Positions 20,545 through 30,779 of a stretch of 64,000 bases of DNA are shown here, in pieces (positions within the stretch are counted from its first letter, which is position 1; each line of letters opens with the position of its first letter). Under the pieces are notes generated by a model. The model was given only the letters and a program-made list of their open reading frames with translations. It ran no database searches and was not told the DNA's origin. The stretch comes from an uncultured Chloroflexia bacterium (lineage in GTDB: Bacteria > Chloroflexota > Anaerolineae > B4-G1 > SLSP01): positions 384,001-448,000 of the forward strand of contig CAVVUS010000011.1 of NCBI GenBank assembly GCA_963751345.1, in the 5' to 3' direction. The translations under genes were made by a program, and so were the position numbers.

Positions 20545-21636
20545 TCAGACAATCACCCCGCCGCCAAGCACCTCCTCCCCGCTATAGAACACCAGCGACT
20601 GTCCTGGCGCGACGCCAAACTGGGGACCATCGAAGGTCACATGGGCCCGGTCGTCGCTGTCCACAGACACGGTGATGGGGACCAGCGGGGCACGATAGCG
20701 AATGCGTCCGAGTGCCGTGAACGGCGTCGCCGGTGGCGACCCCATAGTAAACGTCAGATCCGTCACGACACATTCCCGGCGCGCCAGGCCGGATCTGGGA
20801 CCGACGATCAAGGCGTTGTGTTCTGGATCCAACTCCAGCACGTACAGCCGCTCCGAGGCGGCGATGCCCAGGCCGCTCCGCTGCCCGACGGTGTAGAGGG
20901 CGAGCCCGCGGTGCTGCCCGATTTCGGTGCCCGCCTCGTCGTAGATGGGTCCCGGGCGCAATGCCTCCGGCCTGAGGGAGGCGAGCACGTCCGGGTATCC
21001 CGCACTCGCCACGAAGCATAGATCCTGGCTGTCGCCGGTCTCGGCGGAGGGAAGCCCCAGCGTTCGCGCGATGTCGCGGACCTCGTCTTTGCTCTCGACG
21101 TCTCCCAACGGCAGCAGTAGACGCCTGAGTTGGCGCTGGGTTAGCCGGTAGAGGGCGTAGCTCTGGTCCTTCGCCCTGGCACGCGCCATGACGAGATGGC
21201 GTGCCTGTTCCCTATCGCCTTCCGAGGTGAGCACTCGGGCATAGTGCCCTGTCGCCACCCAGCGTGCGTCGTGAGCGTCGGCCTCCTCGATCAACGTGGC
21301 GAACTTCAGCGTCGGGTTGCAGAGAGTACAGGGATTGGGCGTTCGCCCCGCCGCGTATGCGTCCACAAAGGGCGCCACGATGCGCTCGTAGAACGCCTGT
21401 CGAACGTCGCGCCGGATCAGGGGAATGTGCAGATGGTCCGCCACCGCCTGCACGCGCGCCGGAGACTCCTCCGGGTCCGCTTGACCCGCGGGTTCGGGTG
21501 CGTGCCAGGTCTCAAGGGTCACACCGATGACGTCGTAGCCCTGCGCCTGGAGCCGGGCCGCAGCCACCGCACTATCGACACCCCCGCTCAGCCCCACGAC
21601 CACTCGCCGTGCGGCACCTTTAGTTCTCGTGTGCAT
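20545..21636 (-). CDS. mnmA: tRNA 2-thiouridine(34) synthase MnmA
   Basis: VGLSGGVDS, GRTPNPCTLCN, ATGHYA, KDQSYAL, DSQDLCF, YTVGQRSGLG and VAPGQ. Start taken at ATG 21636, 9 nt below a TATAAT. Confidence 0.95.
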   Translation of the reverse strand: MHTRTKGAARRVVVGLSGGVDSAVAAARLQAQGYDVIGVTLETWHAPEPAGQADPEESPARVQAVADHLHIPLIRRDVRQAFYERIVAPFVDAYAAGRTPNPCTLCNPTLKFATLIEEADAHDARWVATGHYARVLTSEGDREQARHLVMARARAKDQSYALYRLTQRQLRRLLLPLGDVESKDEVRDIARTLGLPSAETGDSQDLCFVASAGYPDVLASLRPEALRPGPIYDEAGTEIGQHRGLALYTVGQRSGLGIAASERLYVLELDPEHNALIVGPRSGLARRECVVTDLTFTMGSPPATPFTALGRIRYRAPLVPITVSVDSDDRAHVTFDGPQFGVAPGQSLVFYSGEEVLGGGVIV

Positions 21637-21689
21637 CGTGAGGCCATTATAGCGCAGCCTGGCGGTCGGGGAATGGGCCTCAACGGTGC

Positions 21690-21718
21690 TTGACATTTGG
21701 TTATATCGCCCATACAAT
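21690..21718 (+). promoter_or_regulatory. near-consensus sigma70 promoter TTGACA-N17-TACAAT
   Basis: ttgaca at 21690-21695 and tacaat at 21713-21718; AAGGAG Shine-Dalgarno site before ATG 21785. Confidence 0.75.
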
Positions 21719-21784
21719 AGTACACGGAGCGTGAGACCTGCTCTTATCTAGCACCTGCAGCTCATTCAGCAAAGGAGATATACT

Positions 21785-22135
21785 ATGGCAGTAGTGGATC
21801 CTCAACCCTCTGTAGACATCACCGATGACGACAAACTATGGGCATTGCTGTCTTGGATCTTCTCACCGATCGTCCCGATCATCGTATTGTTGCTTGAGGA
21901 CAAGAAGCAGCGTCCGTTCATCAAGTACAATGCGATTCAGGGCATCGTCGTGAGTGTAGTGGGCTATGTGATCTCGGCCGTCCTCTCGGCTGTGGTCGTG
22001 GGCTGCTTCACGGGCCTGGCACTGCTGGTCTACATCATCTATCTGGCCATTCAGTCTTACCAGGGCAAGTGGGTGACCATTCCCGTGGTGACGGATTTCT
22101 GCGTCAACCAGGGCTGGATCGAGCGCGCTCCATAG
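21785..22135 (+). CDS. small membrane protein, DUF4870/Tic20-like
   Basis: DDKLWALLSWI...RPFIKYNAIQ, 3 TM segments, YQGKWVTIP. Confidence 0.8.
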   Translation: MAVVDPQPSVDITDDDKLWALLSWIFSPIVPIIVLLLEDKKQRPFIKYNAIQGIVVSVVGYVISAVLSAVVVGCFTGLALLVYIIYLAIQSYQGKWVTIPVVTDFCVNQGWIERAP

Positions 22136-22218
22136 ATCCACCCTAGATAGAAGGATCACCTGCTTCGGCTAGCGCCTGGATGGCATCGTGTCCTCCACGC
22201 CTTAGCATGTCTCGATGT

Positions 22219-22443
22219 GTCCTGGCGGCGGCCTGTTGCGTGTGATGAACTCGCCACAGGTGGGCGGGTCTCGGGCGCACGATATGAGTTAGGTGAGAGC
22301 GGCTTTTCCTTTTCGGAAAGCCGCTCTTTTACATGCACCTACGCGGTGGTATACTACCGCGTTGCATTGGCATAGGTGGTCCCACTTTGGCGCGTCCGGG
22401 TCCGTCTCGGGGCCCAGAGGCCCCGTCCGCGACCTGACAGAAC
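22219..22443 (-). ncRNA. candidate 6S-like structured RNA
   Basis: Minus-strand ends pair (GUUCUG with CAGGAC); GGACCCG pairs with CGAGUUC and GUGGG with CCCAC around a central bubble; 3' CCCACCUG..GCGAGUUCA resembles the 6S conserved element; apical hairpins at 22296-22367. No covariance search was run. Confidence 0.4.
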
Positions 22444-22457
22444 GACTCGAGCGATAC

Positions 22458-24241
22458 ATGGAAACATTGACCCGTAAGCGTTGGAAAATCGCAGCGCAGG
22501 CACCTGCCGAGTTTATCGGCGGCCTGCAGCCCTTGCACCCCCTGGTTGCCCAGGTGCTATACAGTCGGGGATTCGTCGACCCTGAGGCCGCCGGCCGATT
22601 CCTGGACCGTACCCCTCCGCTCGGCGACCCCTTCGCCCTCGATGGGGTCACGCAAGCGGTGGCGCTGATCCGGGACGCGCTGTCGCGTGGCGAGCTTATC
22701 GTCGTCTACGGTGACTATGACGTCGACGGTGTAACCGCCGCCGCCGTCCTTGTGGAGACGCTGCAGGCACAGGGGGCCAGAGTGAAGCCCTACATCCCCA
22801 GCCGCGAGGACGAGGGCTATGGCCTCAATCCGGAGGCGATCCGTGCGTTGGCCGAGGAAGGGGCGCGTCTGCTGATCACCGTGGACTGCGGCATCCGCTC
22901 GCTGGAAGACGTGGCACTTGCCCGCAGTCTCGGCCTTAAGATCGTCGTCACAGATCACCACCAGCTCGGCCCCGCGCTGCCGGATGCGGATGCCGTCATC
23001 AACCCCAAGCGCAGCAGCCGTCCGGCGGCAGTGGGCGGATGCCCAATGGCGTCACGTTGGCTTCCGATCTTGCCGGCGTGGGCGTGGCTTTCAAACTCGC
23101 CCAGGCGCTGATTGAGGCGAATCGCCAGGCGCCCCTGCCGACGACAGAACGGGATCTGGATGAGAGCGATCTGCTCGACCTCGTGGCGTTGGGCACGGTG
23201 GCCGATATGGTCGCGCTGGTCGACGAGAACCACACGCTGGTCTCGCGTGGCCTCGAGAGGATCAATGCTGCTCACCGTCCGGGACTCAGTGCACTGATGC
23301 GGGTGACCGGCGTAAACCCGGGCAAGGTCACGACAAAGACGATCGGCTTCACACTCGCACCACGGCTCAATGCGGCGGGGCGACTCGATGAGGCGATGAC
23401 CGCGCTCGAACTCCTGCTGGCACCCGATATGGCATCTGCGCTGCCCCTCGCACAGGAGCTCGAGGCGCTCAACCAACGGCGCCGCGAGATCACGATGGCG
23501 GTTCGCGAGAAGGCCACGGCTCTGCTGCAGTTTGCTGATGGCGTTCCCGCGCTGATCTTCGCGGCCTCCGATGAGTTCCCTCCCGGCGTGGTTGGACTGG
23601 CGGCGAGCCGGTTGCTGGACGACTATTACCGCCCGGCGGTCGTGGTGTCAATGGATAGTGAGTTCTGCAAGGGGTCCGCGCGATCTATCCCGGAGTTCCA
23701 CATCACAGAGGCGCTGGATTCGCTGGATGGGCTGCTCGAACGCCACGGGGGACACGCCGCCGCGGCCGGATTCACAGTTCGAACCTCCCGTCTGCAGGAG
23801 CTGGAGTCACGGCTCGTGGCTTTGGCCGAGGAGAAGTTGGGCGATCTGCTGCTTGTGCCGACCTTGAATGTGGATGCTGACGTGCCGCTGGAACAGCTTT
23901 CCTGGGACCTGCACAATCAACTGGAGCAGTTGCAGCCCTTTGGGTTCGGCAACCCTGAGCCGACGTTTGTCAGCCGCAGGGTGCGGGTCATGCACGCGCG
24001 TGCGGTCGGGAGTGAGGGCCGGCATCTGAAGCTCTACATCGCCGACGAACTCGGGAAATCCTGGGATGCCATCGCGTTCCGACAGGGGTATTGGGAGGAC
24101 CGTCTCCCCGCATGGGTGGATCTGGTCTACGTGCTTGAGTCAAACGAGTGGAACGGCAGGACCAATCTGCAGCTCAATGTGCAGGACATCCGGCCTTCAG
24201 AGGACATCGGGTGGGCGGATGCCCCGCCACCGACGAGGTAA
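22458..24241 (+). CDS. recJ: single-stranded DNA exonuclease RecJ (frameshift ~23040)
   Basis: YGDYDVDG, ITVDCG, TDHH, ALGTVAD, LAPRLNAAGRL, KGSARS, GGHAAAAG and PFGFGNPEP. Confidence 0.95.
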
Positions 24242-24247
24242 GAGACG

Positions 24248-25252
24248 ATGCGCATTCTGGTAACCGGGGCTGCAGGCTTTATCGGGAGTCACCTCGCTGA
24301 GGCATTGCTGCAGCGTGGCGACACGGTCGTGGGCCTCGACAACTTCAATGACTACTACAGCCCGGCACGTAAGCGCGCGAACGCTGCCCTGCTCGACCGT
24401 AACGATCGCTTCACGATGGTTGAGGCGGACCTGCGCGATGAGGGGGCGCTTGCCGCTGCCGCAGCCGGCGGCGGTTTCGATGCCGTCGCGCATCTTGCCG
24501 CGATGGCCAACGTCCGCTATTCGATCCTGCGCGCGCCTCTCTACACGGACGTCAACATCCGCGGGACCGTGAATGTGCTGGAGGCGATGCGATCCTCCGG
24601 CATACCGCACATTGTCTTCGCCTCGACCTCGTCCGTGTACGGCAAGACGGAACAGCTGCCGTTCCGGGAGGACGATCCCCTGGGCAAGCCGCTCGCTCCC
24701 TATCCCGCCTCGAAGATCACGGGCGAGCTAATGGGCTACACCTACCACAACCTCTTCGACATCAGCTTCACTGCGGTGCGCTTCTTCAGCGTCTATGGAG
24801 AGCGGGGACGCCCGGATATGATGCCCTACATCATCACAGACAGCATTGTCGCGCAGAAGCCCTTCAAGCTCTTCAATGCGGGAGAGATGTTCCGAGATTG
24901 GACCTATGTCGGCGACATCGTCAAAGGCGTGATGGCGGCGCTGGACCGGCCCCTGGGCTACGAGCGGGTGAACCTCGGACGCGGCCAACCCGTGCGCATG
25001 GCCGACTTCGTGGAGCTGGTCGAGTCCCTCGTTGGCCGGCGCGCCGTTATGGAGACGCCTCCCGCGCCCGCCAGCGAGCCGGTGATTACCTATGCCGACA
25101 TTTCCAAGGCGAAGCGGCTCCTGGACTATGCGCCGGCTGTCCCGGTCGAGGAAGGCATGTCGCGGTTCTGGCGATGGTACCGGGATGAGGTGATGGGCCA
25201 GGAGCGCCCGGTGCCGGTCATTGCCGAAACTCCGCCCTCGGCACGGTCTTAG
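24248..25252 (+). CDS. NAD-dependent epimerase/dehydratase (UDP-glucuronate 4-epimerase-like)
   Basis: TGAAGFIG, DNFNDYY, ASTSSVYG, YPASK, RFFSVYGERGRPDM and RDWTYVGDI. Confidence 0.9.
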   Translation: MRILVTGAAGFIGSHLAEALLQRGDTVVGLDNFNDYYSPARKRANAALLDRNDRFTMVEADLRDEGALAAAAAGGGFDAVAHLAAMANVRYSILRAPLYTDVNIRGTVNVLEAMRSSGIPHIVFASTSSVYGKTEQLPFREDDPLGKPLAPYPASKITGELMGYTYHNLFDISFTAVRFFSVYGERGRPDMMPYIITDSIVAQKPFKLFNAGEMFRDWTYVGDIVKGVMAALDRPLGYERVNLGRGQPVRMADFVELVESLVGRRAVMETPPAPASEPVITYADISKAKRLLDYAPAVPVEEGMSRFWRWYRDEVMGQERPVPVIAETPPSARS

Positions 25253-25404
25253 CTCCTGCGAGTGATATGTTTGAGGTGTGGGTCACCTGCGCCATAGGAT
25301 GCTGGGCGTGAGCATCTTCAAGATCCGGCTGCGCCGAGGCTGCGTCGTTGTGCCGCGCCTCTGAGCTGGCGCCGGCAGGCGAACTCGTGTAGGACGGTCG
25401 GCCC

Positions 25405-26919
25405 GTGTATCTGAAGCCTGATAGAAAGCTCTTTCGCGAGCGTCGCGGTTTCTGGGGGGCGCGCCTATTGATCGTCGCGCTGTTGCTGGGCGGGATGGGC
25501 TTCGTTGGTTATCGAGCCTTCCAGAGCTACGCCGAGCCACTGATCGCGGGGAGTAGCACGCCGACTCCGGTACCTACGGCGACGCCGGCTGCGGGCTACT
25601 ACGCGGCACAGGGCGATGATGCCTACTGGCAGGGCGCGACCGGTGAGGCCATCGCTGCATACCAGGCGTCGCTCGATATGCAGCCGGGCCAGACTGAGCT
25701 CTATCTTGCCCTGGCCCGCCTGTTGACCTTCCAGGGACACCCGGAGCGAGGTCTCGAGATGGCCCGGCAGGCACTGGCGCGCCAGCCGGATAACGCGCTC
25801 GCCTGGGCGCTGTTGGGGATGACTTATGATTGGCTGGGACTGACCAACCAGGCGGTGACCTACTGCCAGCATGCCGTGGACCTCGATCCGACGCTGCCCG
25901 AAGCTTACGCCTACCTCGCCGAAGCCTACATCGACGACGGCCAGTGGTTTTCGGCCAACGATGCTATGGCGACGGCGATGGAATTGGACGACACCAATGT
26001 GGATGTCCTGCGAGACCGGGCCTATGTTCTTGAAAGCCAGGGCAACTACTACGGTGCCATCCAGGCTTACCGCGATGCGATCGCCCTCAACGACAAACTC
26101 GTCCATCTCTACCTGGGGATTGGCCGCAACGCGGGCGCGCTGGGCAACCTCCAGACCGCGCTGGAAGCCTACCAGGACGCCGTCGCAGTTGATCCCAACC
26201 ACGCCCTCGCACTGGACCAGTTGGGCTGGACGCAGCTGCTGCTGGGCGACTATACCTCCGCCCGTGAGAACCTCACCGCAGCCCTGGAGCTCGATCCCGA
26301 TCTGGCGGATGCCTACGGACATCTGGGGACGCTCTACTTCCATCAGCGTAACTACGAGGACGCCATCGTCGAGTTCGGGCCGGCGATCGAATACGCGGAG
26401 GCGCGGTCCAGGCGACGAACCGTGCTCTTCGTGGTCACCGCCGAGGAGATCAATGCGATTGGCGAAACGCCCTCCGGGGCACAGGTTGCCGTGGCCGAGT
26501 TTCTCCATCCCACCGATCTTCAGACCCCCTTGCGCGGCCAGTTCACGGCCGCAGCCGGTGGAGCGTCGATTGATGGGCAGATCCGGTTTGACGTGATGAC
26601 GGGCAAGTACGATGGGACGGTTTCCGGGATTCCGCCCGCTCCTTCCGGAAAGGTCTACGTCGGTTGGTTCCTGCAGCTCTTCTCGCCGGAGGGGCGCTTG
26701 GTGCACACGGATCCGATCTTCCCCGCACCGAACGGGCAGGTTGTGCTGACGGGAACGACGGGCCACGTCAAAGGCCCTCCTATCGAGAACTACTACAGCT
26801 TCGCACTCTCGTACTATCTCCTGGATCAATGCGACAAGGCGATACCGCTGATCAACGTGGCATTGCAGATCGATCCGGCGGACGCCAACGCTCAGGCCGC
26901 GCTCGATCTATGTCGCTAG
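25405..26919 (+). CDS. membrane-anchored TPR protein with an inserted beta-rich domain
   Basis: N-terminal TM, PTPVPTATP linker, about 8 TPR-like repeats (e.g. ALELDPDLADAYGHLG), an insertion, then a final TPR. Confidence 0.85.
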   Translation: MYLKPDRKLFRERRGFWGARLLIVALLLGGMGFVGYRAFQSYAEPLIAGSSTPTPVPTATPAAGYYAAQGDDAYWQGATGEAIAAYQASLDMQPGQTELYLALARLLTFQGHPERGLEMARQALARQPDNALAWALLGMTYDWLGLTNQAVTYCQHAVDLDPTLPEAYAYLAEAYIDDGQWFSANDAMATAMELDDTNVDVLRDRAYVLESQGNYYGAIQAYRDAIALNDKLVHLYLGIGRNAGALGNLQTALEAYQDAVAVDPNHALALDQLGWTQLLLGDYTSARENLTAALELDPDLADAYGHLGTLYFHQRNYEDAIVEFGPAIEYAEARSRRRTVLFVVTAEEINAIGETPSGAQVAVAEFLHPTDLQTPLRGQFTAAAGGASIDGQIRFDVMTGKYDGTVSGIPPAPSGKVYVGWFLQLFSPEGRLVHTDPIFPAPNGQVVLTGTTGHVKGPPIENYYSFALSYYLLDQCDKAIPLINVALQIDPADANAQAALDLCR

Positions 26920-29759
26920 AGACCGGCCCCACAGAACGACCCGCACCCGTGCTCCCCTCGCATTCGGCGATCGAGCCGGAATCGACGACCGGCGAAGGAC
27001 GGTGGCATCCGGTCGGCGACCGGATCGAGATGATCCTGGCGCCCGTTGTGATGCTCGCCTTCGTCACGTGGGTCTACCGGCGTATCGTCGCAGGGCAGGT
27101 GCTGGCCGGAGGGGACCTCCAGCTCTATTTCTTCCCGTATTGGACTGCGGTGGTGCGGTCACTTCGAGACGGCAGCCTCCCACTTTGGAATACCTACCTC
27201 TTCGCCGGGTCCCCGCTGTTGGCAAACTCACAGGTCGGCGTCTTCTATCCGCTCAACTGGCCCTTCTGGCTGCTGTCACCGTCGTCACTTCTGGGTATCA
27301 CCCGCGCGATCCACTGGAGCGTCGTGCTGCATCTCTGGCTGGCTGCGGCGAGCGTCTATGTCCTCTGCCGTCGGACAGCCGCACTGGGGCGCTGGCCCAG
27401 TGCCCTGGCCGGGGTCATCTATGCAGGCAGCGGCTTCCTGGGCGTCCACGTCGACCATCTCAACCAGTTGCAGGCGCTGGCATGGCTGCCGCTCCTTTTC
27501 CTGCCCGAGGTGTCGTGGGGAGGGATCGGCCATCCTGGCGAGGGCGGGGGGCCTGAGGCGCTCGACCGACCGGTGTGGCGAGGACTGTGGATGCCCAACC
27601 CGCTGTCCATCCTGGCGTTTTCGATGATCCTGTTGGCAGGGCACACGCAGATGGCGTTCATTGGCGGGTGCGGCCTGGCGGTCTGGCACCTCGTGCGTTC
27701 CGGACGGGACACCGCCCTCGGACGGGGTGTCGCCTTGTCCATGCAGATTGGGCGGTGGCTTCTCGCCTTTGTCGTCAGGATGATGCCTTTCGCGTTGGCG
27801 GGCCTCATCGCTGCCGTGCAGCTCCTGCCTACGCTGACCCTTGCGGATCTTTCGGGACGCGGCGGTGGCTTGGATTGGCGCGAGGCCGTCTCCTTCTCCG
27901 TGCCGCCCTGGGAGCTCCTCAAGGTGCTACTGCCGCCCTATATCGCATCCCCGCTGCTGCCCGAGGGTGTGGCCTACCTGGGCATCCCCGCGTTGCTGTT
28001 GGCGGCGCTGGGCGGCTGGCGCAGCTTGCGCTCTTCATCCCCCCGCGAGAGAGGGTTGGGGAGGTGGGCGTGGCTGGTCATCGCTGCGATGGGGGTGCTG
28101 CTCGCGCTCGGCGGGTACAATCCTCTCTACCTGGCCGCGGTCCGGCTCGGCATCCCCGGCTTCATCCATTTCCGCGCGCCGGCCCGCTTTCTCGCCCTCT
28201 ACGTTCTGGCGGGGTCGGTGCTCGCGGGTATCGGGCTGGAGACAGTGAGGCCTGTCGAGCCTAGACCCGGGTCTGCTTGGCTCGAAAGCCCGGAGATCGG
28301 TGCCCCTGGTGGTACTTGTGGTGGTCGGCGTGGAGTTGGCGCTCGCAGGCCTCTACCTACCTTACGGGCGTGCGACCACACCCCAGGCCTACACGGACCT
28401 TCGCCCGGCGACCGCGGATCTCGTGGCGGCAACACAGGCCGCGGTGGAGGCCGGTAGCGTGCCGGGCCGCTTTCTGAGCATTTCGCAGACCCTCTTTGAG
28501 GTTGGTGACAAGGCTGAGATTGAGACTGCCTACGCCGGCGCGCTGGACGACGACGCACTGATGAGCTACCTGGTCGCCACCAAGGAGCGCGAAGTGTTGG
28601 CGCCGAACCTGCCGCTGGCGTTCGGCGTGCCGGCGGTGGATGGCTATGACGGCGGCCTCCTGCCGATGCGCCACTACATAGCATTCTCGAAGCTGCTGCT
28701 CCCCGATGGCACGACCGACGGTCGGCTGAGAGAGAACCTTGCCGATATCCCGGAAGCCCGTTGGCTCAAGCTCATGGGTGTTCAGTATCTGCTGACGGAC
28801 AAGACGACGGATGTGTGGGTCGACGACATCCTGTATGATCGCCAGTTCCATCCGACCCTCCAACCGGGGCAGGCCCTTGACGTGGCTTGGCTGCCTGAGG
28901 ATTTCCCTGCCAACGCCCTGGGACTGCTCTACACGGGTGAGGGAGGCGAGGTCGAACTCGGCCTCGCTGACGGGCGCGTCCTTTCGCTGCCGCTCCCTGC
29001 GTCGGATAACTCAGACGAGGTCCGGTGGGTTCGCTGGGACGACGCTGTGCCCATCCGGAGTCTCAGCATCATAGCTTCCCCTCCGGAGGACGGCGTCGTC
29101 GGTCCCCTGGCGCTGGGAGGGGCAAGTCTGGCCGACGGTCGCACGGGCGCGTTCTACCCGGTCGTGCTGTCGGATGTCTACAGATTGGTGCATTCCGGTG
29201 ACGTCAAGATCTACGAAGCACTGACCCCGGTGCCGCGAGCTTTCCTGGTTCACCGCGCGTGCACGGTCTCGGACCGAGGACGACGCCCTCAACCTGATGC
29301 GCGATCCGAGATTCGATCCATCGCAGGTCGTGGCGCTGACTGGTGCGCCATCGCCCGAAGAGACCTGTGATCTCTCCGCTGGGACGCTGGTCGGCGGCGG
29401 ACGAGTCGGTGTCCGTTATGCGGTACGATGCAACCGAGGTCACGGTGGACGTGGTCGCTGAGACGCCGGGTTACCTGGTCCTGACCGACACCTGGTATCC
29501 GGGCTGGACAGTGACGCGTGAGCCGCTCTCAAGGGAGGCGTTGGCCCAGCCCGAGGAGATCGTAAAGGCCGACCTGCTGTTCCGTGCCGTGCCGATTTCC
29601 TCCGGAACCTGGCGCGTGACCTTCTCCTACCGACCGGTGAGCCATATCATCGGCGCCGCGATCAGCGCCGTGGGGCTGATGACTCTGTTGCTTTATGCGC
29701 TGGCAGCGACAAAGGGTGTCGAGGTTAGAAATCGAGGGGGATTCTTCGCCATTCGTTAA
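26910..29759 (+). CDS. YfhO-like GT-C membrane glycosyltransferase (frameshifts ~28270 and ~29280-29345)
   Basis: GDLQLYFFP, PLWNTYLFAGSPLLANSQVGVFYPLN, FRAPARF, GYDGG, and C-terminal GYLVLTDTWYPGW...ADLLFRAV...FSYRP. Confidence 0.82.
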
Positions 29760-29800
29760 CTCGTTGGTTATGATTAGGTTTGTGGGCCCCAACCGTTTCA

Positions 29801-29809
29801 TGCTATAAT
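29801..29809 (+). promoter_or_regulatory. extended -10 promoter TGcTATAAT heading the signalling operon
   Basis: tgctataat in an AT-rich gap ~45 nt upstream of ATG 29855 (Shine-Dalgarno site GAGG). Confidence 0.6.
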
Positions 29810-29854
29810 GAACTCATTGCCCATCCCTATATACACTATCAGGTCGAGGTAAGG

Positions 29855-30223
29855 ATGAAGGTACTCTACATCGAGGACAGCCCATCAAACCGCCTGCTCG
29901 TCAAGCGGGTCCTTATGGCCGAGGGCTATCAAGTCCTTGAGGCTGAGGACGGGAGCGCTGGAATGGATGTGGCGAAGAGGGAGCGCCCTGACCTCGTACT
30001 GATGGACATGAACCTGCCGGATGTCGACGGATATGAGATGACGCGTCGCATTCGGGCAACCCCCGAGCTTGCCTCTATCCCGATCGTCGCGATGACGGCG
30101 AATGTCATGCATGGAGATCGGGAGAAGGCGCTGGAAGCGGGATGCGTGGGCTATCTTCCCAAACCTATCGATGTTGATGCATTGCCGATGCAGATCGCAC
30201 GCTTTATCGAGGCCAAGCTCTAG
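29855..30223 (+). CDS. single-domain response regulator (DivK-like)
   Basis: VLYIEDS, DLVLMDMNLPDVDG, VAMTA and GYLPKP. Confidence 0.92.
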   Translation: MKVLYIEDSPSNRLLVKRVLMAEGYQVLEAEDGSAGMDVAKRERPDLVLMDMNLPDVDGYEMTRRIRATPELASIPIVAMTANVMHGDREKALEAGCVGYLPKPIDVDALPMQIARFIEAKL

Positions 30224-30308
30224 CTGCATCGGCGGTCCGTGCACGATGCGGTAGGTTGCCGGTTGAGACACCACGGATCTTGCCGTGGGAGCTGGAGGAC
30301 TATCGACT

Positions 30309-30728
30309 ATGAAGTGGAAGGTGATACCCCCGACGGAGGCGACCATCCTCATCGTCGAGGATAACCTCAGCAATTTCATCCTGATGACGCGTCTGCTCGC
30401 GTATCTGGGCGTAAAGAAGTGCGAATGGAAGGCGTCGGGGTGGAAGGTCCTTGAGTTCGCCGAGACGCTCGGCAGGATTGACCTCATTCTTATGGACATC
30501 GCGCTTCCGGATGCGGACGGGTTTGAGTCCCTGGCCTCGCTGCGCTCCGATGATCGCTTTCAGGGCGTGCCCATCGTCGCGGTGACGGCAGACATCTCTG
30601 CGGCAAATCTCAACCGTGCCAGGGATGTCGGGTTCAATGGATTTATCGGCAAGCCTCTGGACCCCGATCGCTTCCCCAACCAGGTTCGTCGAATCCTGCA
30701 GGGCGAGGAGGTATGGGAACAGGAGTGA
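30309..30728 (+). CDS. single-domain response regulator
   Basis: ILIVEDN, DLILMDIALPDADG, VAVTA and FIGKP. Confidence 0.9.
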   Translation: MKWKVIPPTEATILIVEDNLSNFILMTRLLAYLGVKKCEWKASGWKVLEFAETLGRIDLILMDIALPDADGFESLASLRSDDRFQGVPIVAVTADISAANLNRARDVGFNGFIGKPLDPDRFPNQVRRILQGEEVWEQE

Positions 30729-30779
30729 GGGCCTGGGCCGCGCGCTGAGGGCACCTCCAGGGCGATCCCAACGACAGGG

